DNA of 64,000 bases from Rhodospirillales bacterium (GTDB lineage Bacteria; Pseudomonadota; Alphaproteobacteria; Bin95), in NCBI GenBank assembly GCA_038143065.1, contig JAYQLI010000035.1, positions 2,752,894-2,816,893 of the forward strand, read 5' to 3'. The notes beneath the pieces were generated by a model. It was not told the origin of the DNA. It did not search any database and saw only the letters and a list, made by a program, of their open reading frames with translations. Below, piece after piece: positions 42,417-54,702 of this stretch. The position numbers were made by a program, and so were the translations under genes. How positions within the stretch are numbered: position 1 is the stretch's first letter; every line of letters starts with the position of its first letter.

Positions 42417-43206
42417 TTATGACTGATTTGGTGGGAGATTGCAAGGATCAGTTGAAGCAGGGCTGCTATTTTGGTGACGATTGTCGCCAATAGGTATCAT
42501 ACCTCGTTTGCCGGAAGCAGCAGCAAGAGCTTTATTTCTGGGTGCAAGTCCATAAATCGATTTCGTTGCATCTACGATAACAACACCTGAAAATCCCCGA
42601 GCCAACGATGGCCAAATTTTTCAAGAGTATCGGATGACCACAATGGAAGCGTTCTGTTGCTTGGCGGTTGGTAGAGCGCATAAACGCTTTGTTCCACATT
42701 AAAAAGCGATTGCTCCAGGGTTTTTGTTAGTTGTTTCGATGAGTATGGACGCCCGTGACCAAATGGAGAATTATCCGTCCTGCACCAAAGACCACGTCTG
42801 TTAGCTGCTATGACAATTAAGCGCCCGGAGTCGGCCAGGACGCGCCAGATTTCACGCAATAAAACCCGCTCCGCTGATGTATCTTCGAGAGCATGCATAA
42901 GTATGATCCGATCAATGGACCGATCAGGAAGGGGAGGTTTGTCTCATTGGTCACAGCATTCAGGCATTTTTTGCCTACAGGCCATGCCCATCCCCCTTGT
43001 TCCGCGGGCATTAATGACATTACTCGACCCGCACCTGCTTTGATCAAAATCGGCTCTAAAATGGGAGGAGTGTAGCCAAAACCCATAACAGTCTCGCCTT
43101 TTAGGTTTGGCCACAACGTCTCAACACGACGCGCAATTTGGCGTGCTGCTGCCTGTCCTAGGGCGTTTTCGTAAAACGCTTTCATTAAGGAAATATCAGT
43201 ACGCAT
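42417..43206 (-). CDS. Class I SAM-dependent methyltransferase (YafS-like, divergent from gloB); two frameshifts
   Basis: FYENALG, GFGYTPP, MPAEQG..WP, HALE...LLREIWRVL..SGRL, NRRGLW, PFGHGRPYS across three frames. Confidence 0.82.
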
Positions 43207-43277
43207 AGCTTTTTTCTATCTTGGTGTTACCCTTTAAATCAGGCCTTAAAATGACTTGAAAACTGGAGACTCTCTTA

Positions 43278-44042
43278 ATGGCACTCGAAGTCGAAATGGT
43301 GTCCGCGCTTAGCGACAATTACGTCTACCTGCTGCGAGATACTGAAACAGGCGTGGTAGCAGTAATTGATCCTGCAGAACCAGATCCTGTAGATAAGGTC
43401 CTTGTTGCAAAGCAATGGAAGCCATCAATCATTATTAACACCCACCATCATGGCGATCATATCGGTGGAAATGAAGCGTTGATCGCCAAATATGGATGTC
43501 AGTTAGTTGGCCCTAAAGCGGAAACACACCGTATCCCAGGAATGAATCAAACTGTCAGTGAAGGTGACCAAATCAAAGTTGGGTCGCAGATCGGTAAAGT
43601 TTTTGAAACACCTGGGCACACTAAAGGACATATCTCTGTATACTTTCCTGAAGGAGCAGCGCTCTTCGCAGGAGACACCCTTTTTGCGCTTGGTTGCGGG
43701 AGAATGTTCGAAGGTACACCGCAGGAATTTTGGCATTCGTTGTTGAAGCTGAGAGCTCTTCCGGATGATACCCTTCTTTATTGTGGGCACGAGTATACTC
43801 AATCTAATGCAAGGTTTGCTCTATCTGTTGATCCCTCGAATCAGACGCTTTTGACTCTATCGGAAAAGATAGATGAGAGACGGTCAAAAGGATTGCCAAC
43901 AATACCATCAAGACTTGGAGATGAGAAAATAGCCAACCCTTTTCTTCGAGCAGATGATAAGAAATTAGCAGTTGATGTTGGCGCCAGCGAAGATCCAATT
44001 CATGCTTTTGCTGTAATAAGAGAGCTGAAAGACAATTTCTAG
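43278..44042 (+). CDS. gloB: Hydroxyacylglutathione hydrolase
   Basis: DNYVYL, THHHGDHIGG, TPGHT.GH, GDTLF..GCGR, CGHEYT, NPFLR. Confidence 0.95.
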   Translation: MALEVEMVSALSDNYVYLLRDTETGVVAVIDPAEPDPVDKVLVAKQWKPSIIINTHHHGDHIGGNEALIAKYGCQLVGPKAETHRIPGMNQTVSEGDQIKVGSQIGKVFETPGHTKGHISVYFPEGAALFAGDTLFALGCGRMFEGTPQEFWHSLLKLRALPDDTLLYCGHEYTQSNARFALSVDPSNQTLLTLSEKIDERRSKGLPTIPSRLGDEKIANPFLRADDKKLAVDVGASEDPIHAFAVIRELKDNF

Positions 44043-44149
44043 TACATTTGTTGCATTTCATCAGAAATTTTGGGTTAGCTAGCTCATCTTTTTTGCCATG
44101 ATTGGCGCAAAGCTCTTGCATCTGAGCATTAACGGTCTTATCAGACACG

Positions 44150-44260
44150 CATCACACACATGGGCCAAAACCCAAGGCGGTCTAATGACTGTCAATTCCG
44201 GTGCTGAATGCGGCTCTGCTGCTGAGGCCCTGGCCCATGGAGGAACAACCGGACCAGGGG
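44150..44260 (+). ncRNA. rpsB leader (S2 autoregulatory element)
   Basis: CATGGGCCA (44159-44167) pairs with TGGCCCATG (44231-44239); TCCGGT (44197-44202) can pair with ACCGGA (44248-44253) as a pseudoknot; directly upstream of rpsB. Confidence 0.7.
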
Positions 44261-44273
44261 AGATGGTAAGGCC

Positions 44274-45152
44274 ATGATGCCGACTTTTACTATGCGCCAG
44301 CTTTTAGAATCTGGCGTTCACTTCGGGCACCACACACGTCGGTGGAACCCGAAAATGAAGCAGTACATTTTTGGTGTACGAAATAACACACACATCTTAG
44401 ATCTGCAGCAATCTGTGCCAATGCTTCATCAGGCACTGAATGCTCTTCGTGATGTCTCCGCAAACGGTGGCCGTATACTGTTCGTGGGTACCAAACGGCA
44501 GACACGAGACCTAGTTGCGCAGCATGCTGAGCGGTGCGGTCAGTACTTCGTCAACGACAGGTGGCTTGGTGGAATGTTGACCAATTGGTCAACAATTAGC
44601 CAGTCCATCAAACGGTTGAAAGAGCTAAGTTCAGAGCTCGAAGGTGAAGAAGAAGGCGCAGGGCGCAGCAAACGCGAGCAGCTTGAGCGCACACGGACCC
44701 GGGATAAGCTAGAACGTACACTGGGTGGAATTAAAGATATGGCTGGTGTGCCAGATCTGCTTTTTGTAATCGATACAGTCAAAGAGCACATTGCAATCGC
44801 AGAAGCAAAAACGCTCGGTATACCGGTGGTGGCCATAGTAGATAGCAATTCTGATCCATCAGATATCGCGTTCCCCATTCCAGGAAATGACGATGCAATC
44901 CGAGCGGTGAATTTGTATTGCCAGCTAGCGGGTGACGCAATTTTGGACGGGCTACAACAGGGCCTCGTTGAGTCAGGCGTTGACATTGGGGCATCGGAAG
45001 ATGTGCCAGCAGCTGAGGTGCCGGTTGAAGAAGCTGCAGCTGACGCAGAAGCTGCAGCTGACGCAGAAGCTCCAGCAGAAGCAGAAGCTCCAGCAGAGGC
45101 TGAAGACACAAAAGGCGAAGAAACCAAGCCTGAAGATGCCGCTGCTAGTTAA
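44274..45152 (+). CDS. rpsB: 30S ribosomal protein S2 with acidic tail
   Basis: [36 protein letters not shown]. Confidence 0.97.
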   Translation: MMPTFTMRQLLESGVHFGHHTRRWNPKMKQYIFGVRNNTHILDLQQSVPMLHQALNALRDVSANGGRILFVGTKRQTRDLVAQHAERCGQYFVNDRWLGGMLTNWSTISQSIKRLKELSSELEGEEEGAGRSKREQLERTRTRDKLERTLGGIKDMAGVPDLLFVIDTVKEHIAIAEAKTLGIPVVAIVDSNSDPSDIAFPIPGNDDAIRAVNLYCQLAGDAILDGLQQGLVESGVDIGASEDVPAAEVPVEEAAADAEAAADAEAPAEAEAPAEAEDTKGEETKPEDAAAS

Positions 45153-45196
45153 GTAGTTCTTCGGAATTTAACATCAATTTATGAGAGGGTAGAACG

Positions 45197-46122
45197 ATGG
45201 CGGCAATTACAGCGAGCCTCGTTAAGGAGCTGCGTGAGCAATCTGGCGCGGGTATGATGGATTGTAAGAAGGCTCTAACAGAGACTGACGGAGACTTAAA
45301 CGCGGCTATTGATTGGCTAAGAACAAAAGGTTTGGCTGCAGCTCAGAAAAAGCAGGGCGCGTTGCAGCAGAAGGTCTCGTTGCCGTGGCTGTGGATGGCA
45401 ATGTAGGATCCGTTGTTGAGCTCAACTCCGAAACAGATTTTGTTGCGCGAAATGAAGACTTTCAGAACCTTGTCGAAACCATAGCGCGTCTTGGGCTAAA
45501 ATCAGGTGGAGACATTGAAGCGCTTAAACAAGCAACGGCTGCAGATGGCAAAACCGTTGCAGAGATGCTCCAGAACGCGATTGCAACAATTGGCGAGAAT
45601 ATGAATCTCCGTCGCTATGAGGTAATTTCAGTGTCTGAGGGTTCGATAGCGAGTTACGTGCATACCGCTGTTAAACCAGGCATGGGAAAAATTGGGGTAT
45701 TAGTAGCCTTAGAGTCGTCCGCTGAGGCTGAAAAGGCTGCTGAAATTGGTAAGCAGGTGGCTATGCATGTTGCCGCTGCTTCTCCCAAGGCTGCAAATCG
45801 TGATGAAATTGATGCAGCAGACGTGCAATGGGAGCGAGACATCTTAACAGCTCAAGCTAAAGAGTCAGGGCGTCCCGATAATATCATTGAAAAAATGGTA
45901 GAAGGACGACTTCGCAAATTCTATGAAGAGTCAGTTCTCGTAGAACAAGCCTTTGTTATTGATCCAGATCAAACTGTTGGTCAGGCCCTTGAGTCAGCGG
46001 GTAAAGCAGCCGGAGCAGACATCAAGGTAAAAGGTTTTGTTCGACTTGGCTTAGGTGAAGGTGTTGAGCGCGAAGAAAGTGATTTCGCGGCAGAGGTAGC
46101 GGCTGCAGCTGGTACATCCTAA
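45197..46122 (+). CDS. tsf: Elongation factor Ts; frameshift near 45350
   Basis: [44 protein letters not shown]. Confidence 0.96.
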
Positions 46123-46217
46123 TCTATTCGGCGCACTGGTCATTAGGGCCTATTGCCCTCTGACACCAATCACGAGTACGGAAGAGGTATCGCAACTGTA
46201 ATAGGAGGCGGATGATA

Positions 46218-46946
46218 ATGGCGAGTAAGCCCAAGTACCGCCGGGTTCTGCTAAAAGTGTCTGGAGAAGCCCTTATGGGCGGTCAACCTTTTGGTATTGA
46301 TCCTGTTGTGATTAACCGTATCGCAAAAGATATAGTTGAGGTCAGGGAAGCAGGTGTTGAAGTCGCTCTTGTAGTAGGTGGGGGCAATATCTTCCGCGGT
46401 GTGTCGGGTGCTAGTGCGGGTATAGAGCGTTCAACGGCTGATTATATGGGAATGCTCGCAACAGTAATGAATGCTCTAGCTATGCAGGCAGCCCTTGAGA
46501 CACTGGGTTCGCCGACGAGGGTGTTGTCAGCCATTCCAATGTCTTCTGTATGTGAACCATATATTCGAAGACGGGCCGAGCGGCATATGGAAAAAGGTCG
46601 AGTTGTGATTTTTGCCGCCGGCACTGGAAATCCTTTCTTTACGACTGATACTGCGGCAGCTTTACGAGCATCTGAAATGAACTGTGAAGCCCTTTTAAAG
46701 GGAACACAAGTTGACGGAGTTTATTCCGCAGACCCCAAGATTGACCAAAACGCTAAACGTTTCGATAAACTTTCTTATAAAGACGTGCTGGCCAACGATC
46801 TTAATGTAATGGACGCTTCGGCAGTCTCACTTGCTCGAGAAAATCAAATCCCCATAATTGTGTTTTCTATACATGAGGCCGGTGGATTTAGTGATGTCAT
46901 CCACGGAAACGGCGCTTATACGTTGGTAAGTGATACAGAGAATTAA
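46218..46946 (+). CDS. pyrH: UMP kinase
   Basis: [35 protein letters not shown]. Confidence 0.97.
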   Translation: MASKPKYRRVLLKVSGEALMGGQPFGIDPVVINRIAKDIVEVREAGVEVALVVGGGNIFRGVSGASAGIERSTADYMGMLATVMNALAMQAALETLGSPTRVLSAIPMSSVCEPYIRRRAERHMEKGRVVIFAAGTGNPFFTTDTAAALRASEMNCEALLKGTQVDGVYSADPKIDQNAKRFDKLSYKDVLANDLNVMDASAVSLARENQIPIIVFSIHEAGGFSDVIHGNGAYTLVSDTEN

Positions 46947-46994
46947 AGTCAGGTTTTAATTCCTTAAGACCGCAAGCTAGGAGTTCTTAAAATT

Positions 46995-47552
46995 ATGTCA
47001 GAGCCTGACCTTGATGATATTGCGCGGCGTATGAGTGGAGCTGTTGAGGCTCTGCGGCGGGAATTTCAGGGCCTTAGGACAGGACGTGCTTCAGCTGCTC
47101 TGTTAGATCCTGTGGTGGTTGAAGTTTATGGTGCAAAGACCCCACTAAACCAGGTAGGAACGGTTGGTGTTCCGGAGCCTAGAATGTTGACTGTTCAAGT
47201 ATGGGATAAAAGCAATACCTCGGCAGTGGAAAAAGCGATCCGTGATGCTGGCCTCGGTCTAAACCCAATGACGGATGGTAATCTTATCCGCATCCCAATT
47301 CCTGAACTTTCTGGTGAGCGTAGACAAGAGCTAACAAAAGTGGCCGGACGGTATGCTGAGCAGGCCAGAGTTGCTATTCGAAATATTCGTAGAGATGCAA
47401 TGGATGGTCTTAAGAAAGCTGAAAAAGACGGCGAAATTTCCCAAGATGATCAAAAGCTTTATTCCGATGAGATTCAATCCTTGACCAATAAGTATGTTGG
47501 TGAAGTAGACGAGACCGCAAAGCAGAAGGAAGCTGAAATTCTTCAAGTTTGA
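46995..47552 (+). CDS. frr: Ribosome recycling factor
   Basis: [31 protein letters not shown]. Confidence 0.97.
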   Translation: MSEPDLDDIARRMSGAVEALRREFQGLRTGRASAALLDPVVVEVYGAKTPLNQVGTVGVPEPRMLTVQVWDKSNTSAVEKAIRDAGLGLNPMTDGNLIRIPIPELSGERRQELTKVAGRYAEQARVAIRNIRRDAMDGLKKAEKDGEISQDDQKLYSDEIQSLTNKYVGEVDETAKQKEAEILQV

Positions 47553-47707
47553 TCGTCTGGTAACTTGTTCCAAGCACTCTTTTTTGATCTGAGTTTTTCA
47601 AAATTCCATGATGGTGTCTTCACTGAAATCATGGTTGATAGGGGCGTAGATAAAACCTTTCGGAAGTTCTTTGGTTGTGGTCTGACGTGATGCTAAACGA
47701 AATGTGA

Positions 47708-48360
47708 GTGTTGATGGATTTCTCGGAAAATTTTCTTAAGCGATCAATTACAGCGGCCATACTCACTCTGGCATTTCTTGCGACTAACATTCTATATTTC
47801 GAAACATTCTTTCTGCTCTTGGTAGTCTCATCAATTGCTCTTTTGAAAGAGTGGTGGGAGTTGTCAGTTAAGTGGAACGGGTATTTTAGACGTTCGGTAA
47901 TCGGTTTTTTTGGTTTGCACCGGCTTTGTTGCGTTAGGTTGGTTGAGATATGTACGGAGCATCTCCTGTATTTTGGGCTGTTTCAATCATAGTCGCATCT
48001 GATGTTGCGGCTTATTTTTTGGTCGAACTTTTGGCAAAAGAAAAATTTTTCCTATCATTAGCCCAGGAAAGACATGGGAAGGATTTTTAGGTGGTCTCAC
48101 TGCCGCTGGTGTTGTTGGGGTAGTGCTTGGAATTTTTTAGGTGGGGATTGGGCTTTATTTGGGGTGCTGGTAGCTCTTTTACAGGTATAGCCGGAGTGGT
48201 GGGAGATTTGGTGGAGTCCTACGTTAAGAGGTGGGCTGGGGTAAAGGATTCTGGGAAAATTTTGCCTGGTCACGGTGGTGTTTTGGACCGACTGGATAGT
48301 CATTTGTTCGGATTGCCGATATTTGTTGTGGGTGTGACAATGATTGGATGGCCGACATGA
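47708..48360 (+). CDS. cdsA: Phosphatidate cytidylyltransferase; several indels
   Basis: [48 protein letters not shown]. Confidence 0.88.
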
Positions 48361-49516
48361 CAGTTAAAACCGTCTCGATCCTAGGTGCGACCGGTTCTGT
48401 GGGGCGAGCGGCAGCCGATCTAGTTATTGGAGCGCCTGAACGTTTTCAAGCTGAAGCTATTGCCGCGGGAAGTGATGTCGATGCACTAGCAACCTTGGGT
48501 CGTGAACTTAAAGCACGTTTCGTAGCCGTAGCTGACGAAAATCGCTACCAAGATTTGAAAAACGCCCTATCCGGATATAAATGCGAAATCGCAGCAGGTG
48601 CCGCGGCCGTTAAAGAGGCTGGCCTAAGGCAAGCAGATATTGCCGTTGCTGCGATAGTTGGTTTGGCAGGCCTTGAGTCCACTCTCGCTGCTTGTATGAC
48701 TGGAAAAACTGTCGCTTTAGCTAATAAGGAAGCTCTTGAATCCGCGGGTGATGTTGTAAAAGCTGCAGCTGCTGCTAACGGTGCACAAATATTGCCTGTT
48801 GACTCAGAGCACAGTGCTCTTTTCCAGGCTTATGAGCCTGAGCGCGCCTCCACAGTTGAAAAACTCACTTTGACAGCTTCCGGCGGTCCATTCTGGAAGT
48901 GGTCGCAATCACAGATTGCAAATGCAACGTTGGAAGATGCGCTGAGGCATCCAACATGGGACATGGGATCAAAGATCACTATTGATTCTGCTACGATGAT
49001 GAATAAGGGTTTAGAGCTAATTGAAGCGGCTCGTTTGTTCCCCTCTCCGAGGACAGGATTGACGTTTTAATTCACCCCCAGTCCATTATCCATGGCATGG
49101 TGTCATATAGAGACGGGTCAGTCATGGCTCAACTTGGCGCCCCTGATATGCAAACACCAATAGCAGTTGCACTAGCTTGGCCTGACAGGATGCAAACACC
49201 CGTTCAACGATTAGACCTAGCGAGTATTGGTCAGCTAACCTTTGATGCTCCAGACCCTGAAAGGTTTCCATCCATAAATCTTGCGCGACAGGCGCTTCGG
49301 GATGGAGGTGATCGTCCTGCAGTTCTTAATGCAGCGAATGAAGTTGCTGTGGCTGCCTTTTTAGAAGGACGCATTAGTTTTGTGGCCATCGTGGAAACAG
49401 TCATGGCAGCTCTTGCAGCTGTGCCGGGGATGCACGCAAATACTTTGGAGCAAGTGGTAGAAGTTGATCGCCAAGCGCGGCTGGCCGCGTTAAATCATAT
49501 CAGTTCGTTGATCTGA
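48357..49516 (+). CDS. dxr: 1-deoxy-D-xylulose 5-phosphate reductoisomerase; frameshift near 49040
   Basis: [59 protein letters not shown]. Confidence 0.96.
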
Positions 49517-49531
49517 TTAGGAAAAGTTTCT

Positions 49532-50899
49532 TTGGCAATTTTAATTGATTACCTTCCTTGGTTTCTCGCTCTCCTGACGGTCTTGGTATTTGTTCATGAG
49601 CTTGGTCACTATCTTGCTGCACGGGCTGTGGGCGTTCACGCCGAAACATTTTCAATCGGCTTTGGTCCAGAGATTTTTGGTTTTAATGATCGTCGTGGAT
49701 GCCGTTGGCGCTTCGCATTAATACCACTTGGTGGCTATGTGAAAATGCGAGGTGATACAGATGTAGACAGCGCTAGCACGATTTCTGAGCAATTAATTCC
49801 GGGAAGTTTGGCATCAGCTACCATAGGTGCACGGGCTTTAATATTTGTGGCTGGGCCTTTAGCTAATTTTGCGTTAACCGGCGTTGTCGCTTTTTTGATG
49901 TTTCTGATTGTTGGCCAGTCTTCGACCCCTCCAATTTTGGGCGCTGTAACTCCTGGTGGTGCAGCCGCTTCCATAGGCCTAGTGCCAGGTGATCGTTTTA
50001 TTGCAATTAACGGTCGGAGCGTAAGAAATTTTGAGGATATCCGTGATGCTGAGCTAATGGCGGCCGGAAGAGATATTGAGCTACTAATTGAAAGGGAAAA
50101 CACGCGTATTACACTAGATGTCTCTCCACAAATTCGCTCTTTTGAAGACCGTTTTGGCAATCAGTACGAACACGGAGACTTAGGGGTCCGGCCAGAAATT
50201 CCTGTCAAACTGGGTGAAGTGCTTCGTGACGGAGCAGCGTACAAAGCGGGGCTCAGGGCAGGTGATAAAATTTTGAAAGTAGATGGGATCAATATTCGGG
50301 ATTTTGGCGCATTTGCAGACTATGTTCAAGCGCGGCCCGATAAACTCGTTGGGATGGAGGTTGAGAGAGAGGGCTCAATCATTAATATCGCAGTAACCCC
50401 AGCTGGCATCGAGGTGGATGAAAAATTTATAGGTAGGATAGGGGTGGCGGCCGCACCATTCGATCCAATTCCTTTGGGAATTGGATCAGCTGCCCTTGAG
50501 GGGGCATTGTTTGTTTGGCAGAAGTCAGGGCTCATCCTTGATTATTTGTGGCAGATCATAGCGGGTGTTCGTCCTGTTGATGAAATTGGTGGTGTGCTTC
50601 GTATTGCTCAAATAGCAGGCGACACAGCAGCAATAAGTTTCGCGGCTTTGGTTGGGTTTGGAATGATGCTATCTCTCAATCTTGGCCTAATCAATTTATT
50701 CCCAATACCTATGTTAGATGGCGGCCATCTTCTGTTTTTAGCTATTGAGTGGGCACGAGGGCGACGCTTAAGTGAGCGCGCAGAAGAACTTAGCTTCCGA
50801 TTAGGGTTTGCAATAGTAATAGTAGTAATGCTATTTGCCACGTGGAATGACTTGATGCATTTTCAAGTTATTGAAAGATTAAGAACTTGGATTGGTTGA
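49532..50899 (+). CDS. rseP: RIP metalloprotease with two PDZ domains
   Basis: HELGH, FSIGFGP, IPLGGYVKM, NLFPIPMLDGGH. Confidence 0.95.
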   Translation: MAILIDYLPWFLALLTVLVFVHELGHYLAARAVGVHAETFSIGFGPEIFGFNDRRGCRWRFALIPLGGYVKMRGDTDVDSASTISEQLIPGSLASATIGARALIFVAGPLANFALTGVVAFLMFLIVGQSSTPPILGAVTPGGAAASIGLVPGDRFIAINGRSVRNFEDIRDAELMAAGRDIELLIERENTRITLDVSPQIRSFEDRFGNQYEHGDLGVRPEIPVKLGEVLRDGAAYKAGLRAGDKILKVDGINIRDFGAFADYVQARPDKLVGMEVEREGSIINIAVTPAGIEVDEKFIGRIGVAAAPFDPIPLGIGSAALEGALFVWQKSGLILDYLWQIIAGVRPVDEIGGVLRIAQIAGDTAAISFAALVGFGMMLSLNLGLINLFPIPMLDGGHLLFLAIEWARGRRLSERAEELSFRLGFAIVIVVMLFATWNDLMHFQVIERLRTWIG

Positions 50900-50905
50900 C
50901 TTAAT

Positions 50906-53331
50906 ATGGTGACGTCCAAATCACGGCTCAGTTTTATTTGTGCAGCTATACTCTCTTTACTTGTAGGATGGCCGAGTACCAGTACTGCGCAATCTTTAGT
51001 GACTTCACCAATTATAAACGGCGCAGGTTCTTTAGCAGATGCTGCAAATAGTGTGTCTGGAAAGCAAGGCCAATCGTCTCAAATTTCTGAAAAACCTCTG
51101 CTGTTAGCACAAAATTTAGCTGGTAGTGAAAAAATAGCTCAGTCCAATATCATCAATGAGATAGTGGTAGAGGGGTCTCAACGCGTCGACCCAGACACCG
51201 TTATTTCATACATGCGACTAAAAGTTGGAGATCGTTACGAGCGTGATAAGTTAGATGAGTCTCTAAAATCACTTTTTTCTACAGGTTATTTCCGTGATGT
51301 GAAATTTCGTCGAGATGGAAGCGTCCTAGTAGTTCAGGTCAAGGAAAATCCTGTCATTAATCGAATAGCTTTCGAAGGCAATAAACGCATCAAGGACGAT
51401 ATTCTTGAGCCAGAACTAAAGCTAAAGCCAAGGCTGGTTTATACACTCAACAAAGTTCAGGCTGATGCTGAGCGTATAATTGAGGTTTATCGAAGAAGTG
51501 GTCGATTTTCTGTCAAAGTAGAACCTAAGCTTATTGAGCTTGACCAAAACCGTGTGGACATCGTTTTTGAAATTACTGAAGGTGAACTTACTAAGGTACA
51601 TCGAATTGTTTTTGTGGGAAATAAGCGCTTTTCCGACAGCCAACTACGATCAGTCGTAAGCACAAAAGAGTCTCGATGGTATCGTTTTTTAACTTCTGAT
51701 GATATTTACGATCCTGACCGTGTTTCCTACGATCAAGACCTCCTTCGACAATATTACCTTGGTAATGGGTATGTTGATTTTCAGGTCATTAGTTCAGTAG
51801 CTGAGCTAACCCCCAGCCGTGATGGGTTTATTATCACCTTTACCGTTGAAGAGGGTGAAAGGTACGACGTAGGCTCTGTAACTGTTGTTAGTAGCCTTCC
51901 AAACGTCAACGGCGAATTACTCCAAAACGAGGTCACAATAGAAATAGGTGACCACTACAATTTAGATCTGGTAGATGAAACGATAGATGTGCTTACAGAC
52001 ACTATCGGCAAATCTGGGATCGCATTTTATGACGTTTCGCCAAAAGTTACTCGCCGTACGGATGAGAAACTAGTTGATATTGTTTTTCAGATAGGAGATG
52101 GCCAACGGGTCTATGTTGATCAGATTGATATATCTGGCAATGTCAGAACTTTGGACAGCGTTATCCGACGTGAGATGCAGTTGGCCGAAGGGGATGCCTT
52201 CAATAGGGCTAAAGTTAGAGAGTCAGAGCGCCGCATTCGGCGTCTTGGATTCTTCGAGACTGTTAAGCTGGACGCGGTCCCAACTCCAATTGCTGATAGA
52301 ATCATCTTGGCGGTTAAAGTAGTTGAAAAGTCAACTGGGGAATTATCTTTTGGAGCGGGTCTCTCTTCAGACGATGGTGTTCTGGGTAATGCCTCAATTA
52401 GAGAGCGAAATTTACTTGGTAAGGGGCAAGATCTTGCTTTGTCTTTCGGAGTTTCACTTCAAGATACACAGATAGATCTGTCGTTCACCGAACCATATTT
52501 CCTAGACCGTCCCCTATCGGCAGGTTTTGACATCTTTGCATCAGAACAAGACCGTAAAAGTGAGTCAGCATACTCTGAACGTGCTGCGGGATTTGGATTA
52601 AGAGTGGGCTATGAGCCGGCGCCTAGGTGGCGACAAACTTGGGGCTATTCTTTCAAAGATTCTGATATTGATGCATCGGCTGGAGCTTCTCGTTTCATTA
52701 TTGCTCAGGATGGCCGTTCTTCCACCTCCCAACTGACGCATAAACTCTCCTATGACAACACGGATAACTTTTTTGATCCCTCAGAAGGCTTGCGATTATC
52801 TTGGAATACTAGGTTTGCAGGTCTTGGAGGATCAGTCGCTTATTTAAATAACGAAGCCAAAGCTTCCCAATTTTTCCCCTGGCCGAGCAAACTGTGCTTC
52901 AGCTCTCTACTCGGGTAGGTGCTGTTTTTGGCTTGGATCAGGATGTGCGGTTGGTTGATAGATATTTTCTTGGTGGGACAAACTTCAGAGGTTTCGCATT
53001 CTCAGGGGTTGGAGCTCGTGATTCAGCGACAGGTGATGCCTTGGGTGGAAATTATTACTACCAAAGTACTGCCGAGCTAACCTTCCCTCTTGGGTTATCG
53101 AAAGAAGTGGGCATCCGTGGACGCACTTTCATCGATGTTGGTGCAGTATTTGGCACTGATGACGAGGGGGCAGGAATTAGGGACAGCTCAGATCCTCGAG
53201 TTTCTATAGGCGTTGGACTTACCTGGGCATCAGTTCTTGGTCCGCTGAGACTAGATTTTGGCTATGCCGTTTTGAAAGAAGATTTTGACGAAGACCAAGT
53301 GTTTTCCTTCTCATTTGGCACCCGATTTTAG
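50906..53331 (+). CDS. bamA: Outer-membrane protein assembly factor; frameshift near 52875
   Basis: POTRA repeats, [27 protein letters not shown]-terminal FSFGTRF. Confidence 0.95.
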
Positions 53332-53341
53332 GTCTGAATTA

Positions 53342-53791
53342 ATGGCTGCTTCTAACATGATTGATATACAACGCATTCTGTCGATGATCCCCCATCGCTA
53401 TCCCATACTCCTGGTTGACCGGTTGGAAGACGTAGAGCTGGGAGAGAGTGCAGTCGGTATAAAGAATGTTACATTTAATGAGCCACATTTTCAGGGACAT
53501 TTTCCCGGAGCACCGGTTATGCCTGGCGTTCTTATAATTGAAGCAATGGCTCAAACTGCGGCTGCTCTTGTGGTTGCCACTTTGGGGGAGGAAGCTGAAG
53601 GTAAGCTTGTTTATTTCATGACCATAGACGAGGCCCGCTTTCGCCGACAGGTTGTTCCTGGAGACCAGCTCAAACTTCACGTGCAAAAGACTAGAGCAAG
53701 ATCAAAAGTGTGGAAATTTGAAGGTAAGGCCTACGTAGATGGGCAACTTGCAGCTGAGGCTCAGTTTGGAGCGATGATAGCTGATAGCTAA
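53342..53791 (+). CDS. fabZ: 3-hydroxyacyl-ACP dehydratase
   Basis: [40 protein letters not shown]. Confidence 0.96.
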   Translation: MAASNMIDIQRILSMIPHRYPILLVDRLEDVELGESAVGIKNVTFNEPHFQGHFPGAPVMPGVLIIEAMAQTAAALVVATLGEEAEGKLVYFMTIDEARFRRQVVPGDQLKLHVQKTRARSKVWKFEGKAYVDGQLAAEAQFGAMIADS

Positions 53792-53954
53792 TTAGAATTT
53801 TCCAATTAGATGACACAGTTTAGATTATCTAAAGCTCTGCTGCTGGTTCCTAAAATATCTCAGTTACCCAAAGTCAATTGGAAACATCAAATTTTCAATT
53901 CATTTAACCGCTCTATGACAAGCTGCCAGTTAAATTGATCGTAAAAAGTGTTGA

Positions 53955-54386
53955 TCATTGATGAATTGTTGTCAGGCGCACAATAGTTACAATGAGAGCA
54001 ATAATTTGAACCACCACAATAAAAGTCATTCTCCCTTGCGTTTGCAGTAATTCCTTCCTCACTTGCTGTCCTTGTTGCCGTAAATCGTCTAATCGGTGCG
54101 CAATTGGCATTAGCCAGAGCCAAGCGAACGCAGATGTCAGCGCGACAGCAGCTAAAATGCCCGCTTCTATGGGCCGGGGCACTGCAAGCGCTGCGCCCCC
54201 TGCAACTGATAGAGCTGTAAGGATACAATAGTACACTGGAAATGCTGCCCGCAGAAAAGTACTAGCGTATTCTTCTGGCAAAGATCGGTAGGCAATCCTT
54301 CCGATGAAAAGGGTCATCATAGGTGCAAGCCCGAGTGCTAATGCTGCGCTGATGGCACCTAGGCCGATTAACCAAGGACTTTGCAT
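53955..54386 (-). CDS. DUF4149/TMEM205-like four-TM membrane protein
   Basis: Four hydrophobic helices, LPEEYASTFLRAAFPVYY, LMP. Confidence 0.7.
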   Translation of the reverse strand: MQSPWLIGLGAISAALALGLAPMMTLFIGRIAYRSLPEEYASTFLRAAFPVYYCILTALSVAGGAALAVPRPIEAGILAAVALTSAFAWLWLMPIAHRLDDLRQQGQQVRKELLQTQGRMTFIVVVQIIALIVTIVRLTTIHQ

Positions 54387-54702
54387 TGGGCTATCCCGCT
54401 CATAGATAGAAACATTATTTATAATCTTATTTTTTTATGTTTATTGCCACCTCTATCGTTTGATCAAAAAACGATGTCTGCTTCTACGCATATCTTTGGC
54501 TCTCCCCGTTATGGTAACATTTGATCAAGCTTGATGCGGGGCATTAAATTAATAACTCCAACTTGGGAATTAATGGATCAAAGTTATCGGTTGGGTAAAT
54601 TTCAATTTTTAGATGCTTGCGCATTTTGTTGCGAAGGTTGAAGCTAAAGTTCGGAAGATTTTCTGGGTCAAATCGATATTAGTGCCGTCTCTTGGAGTTC
54701 AA

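Noticed and set aside
44290-45156. Antisense and overlapping ORFs over rpsB and similar short shadow ORFs across the window
   Set aside because: They overlap strongly supported genes and show no recognisable motifs.
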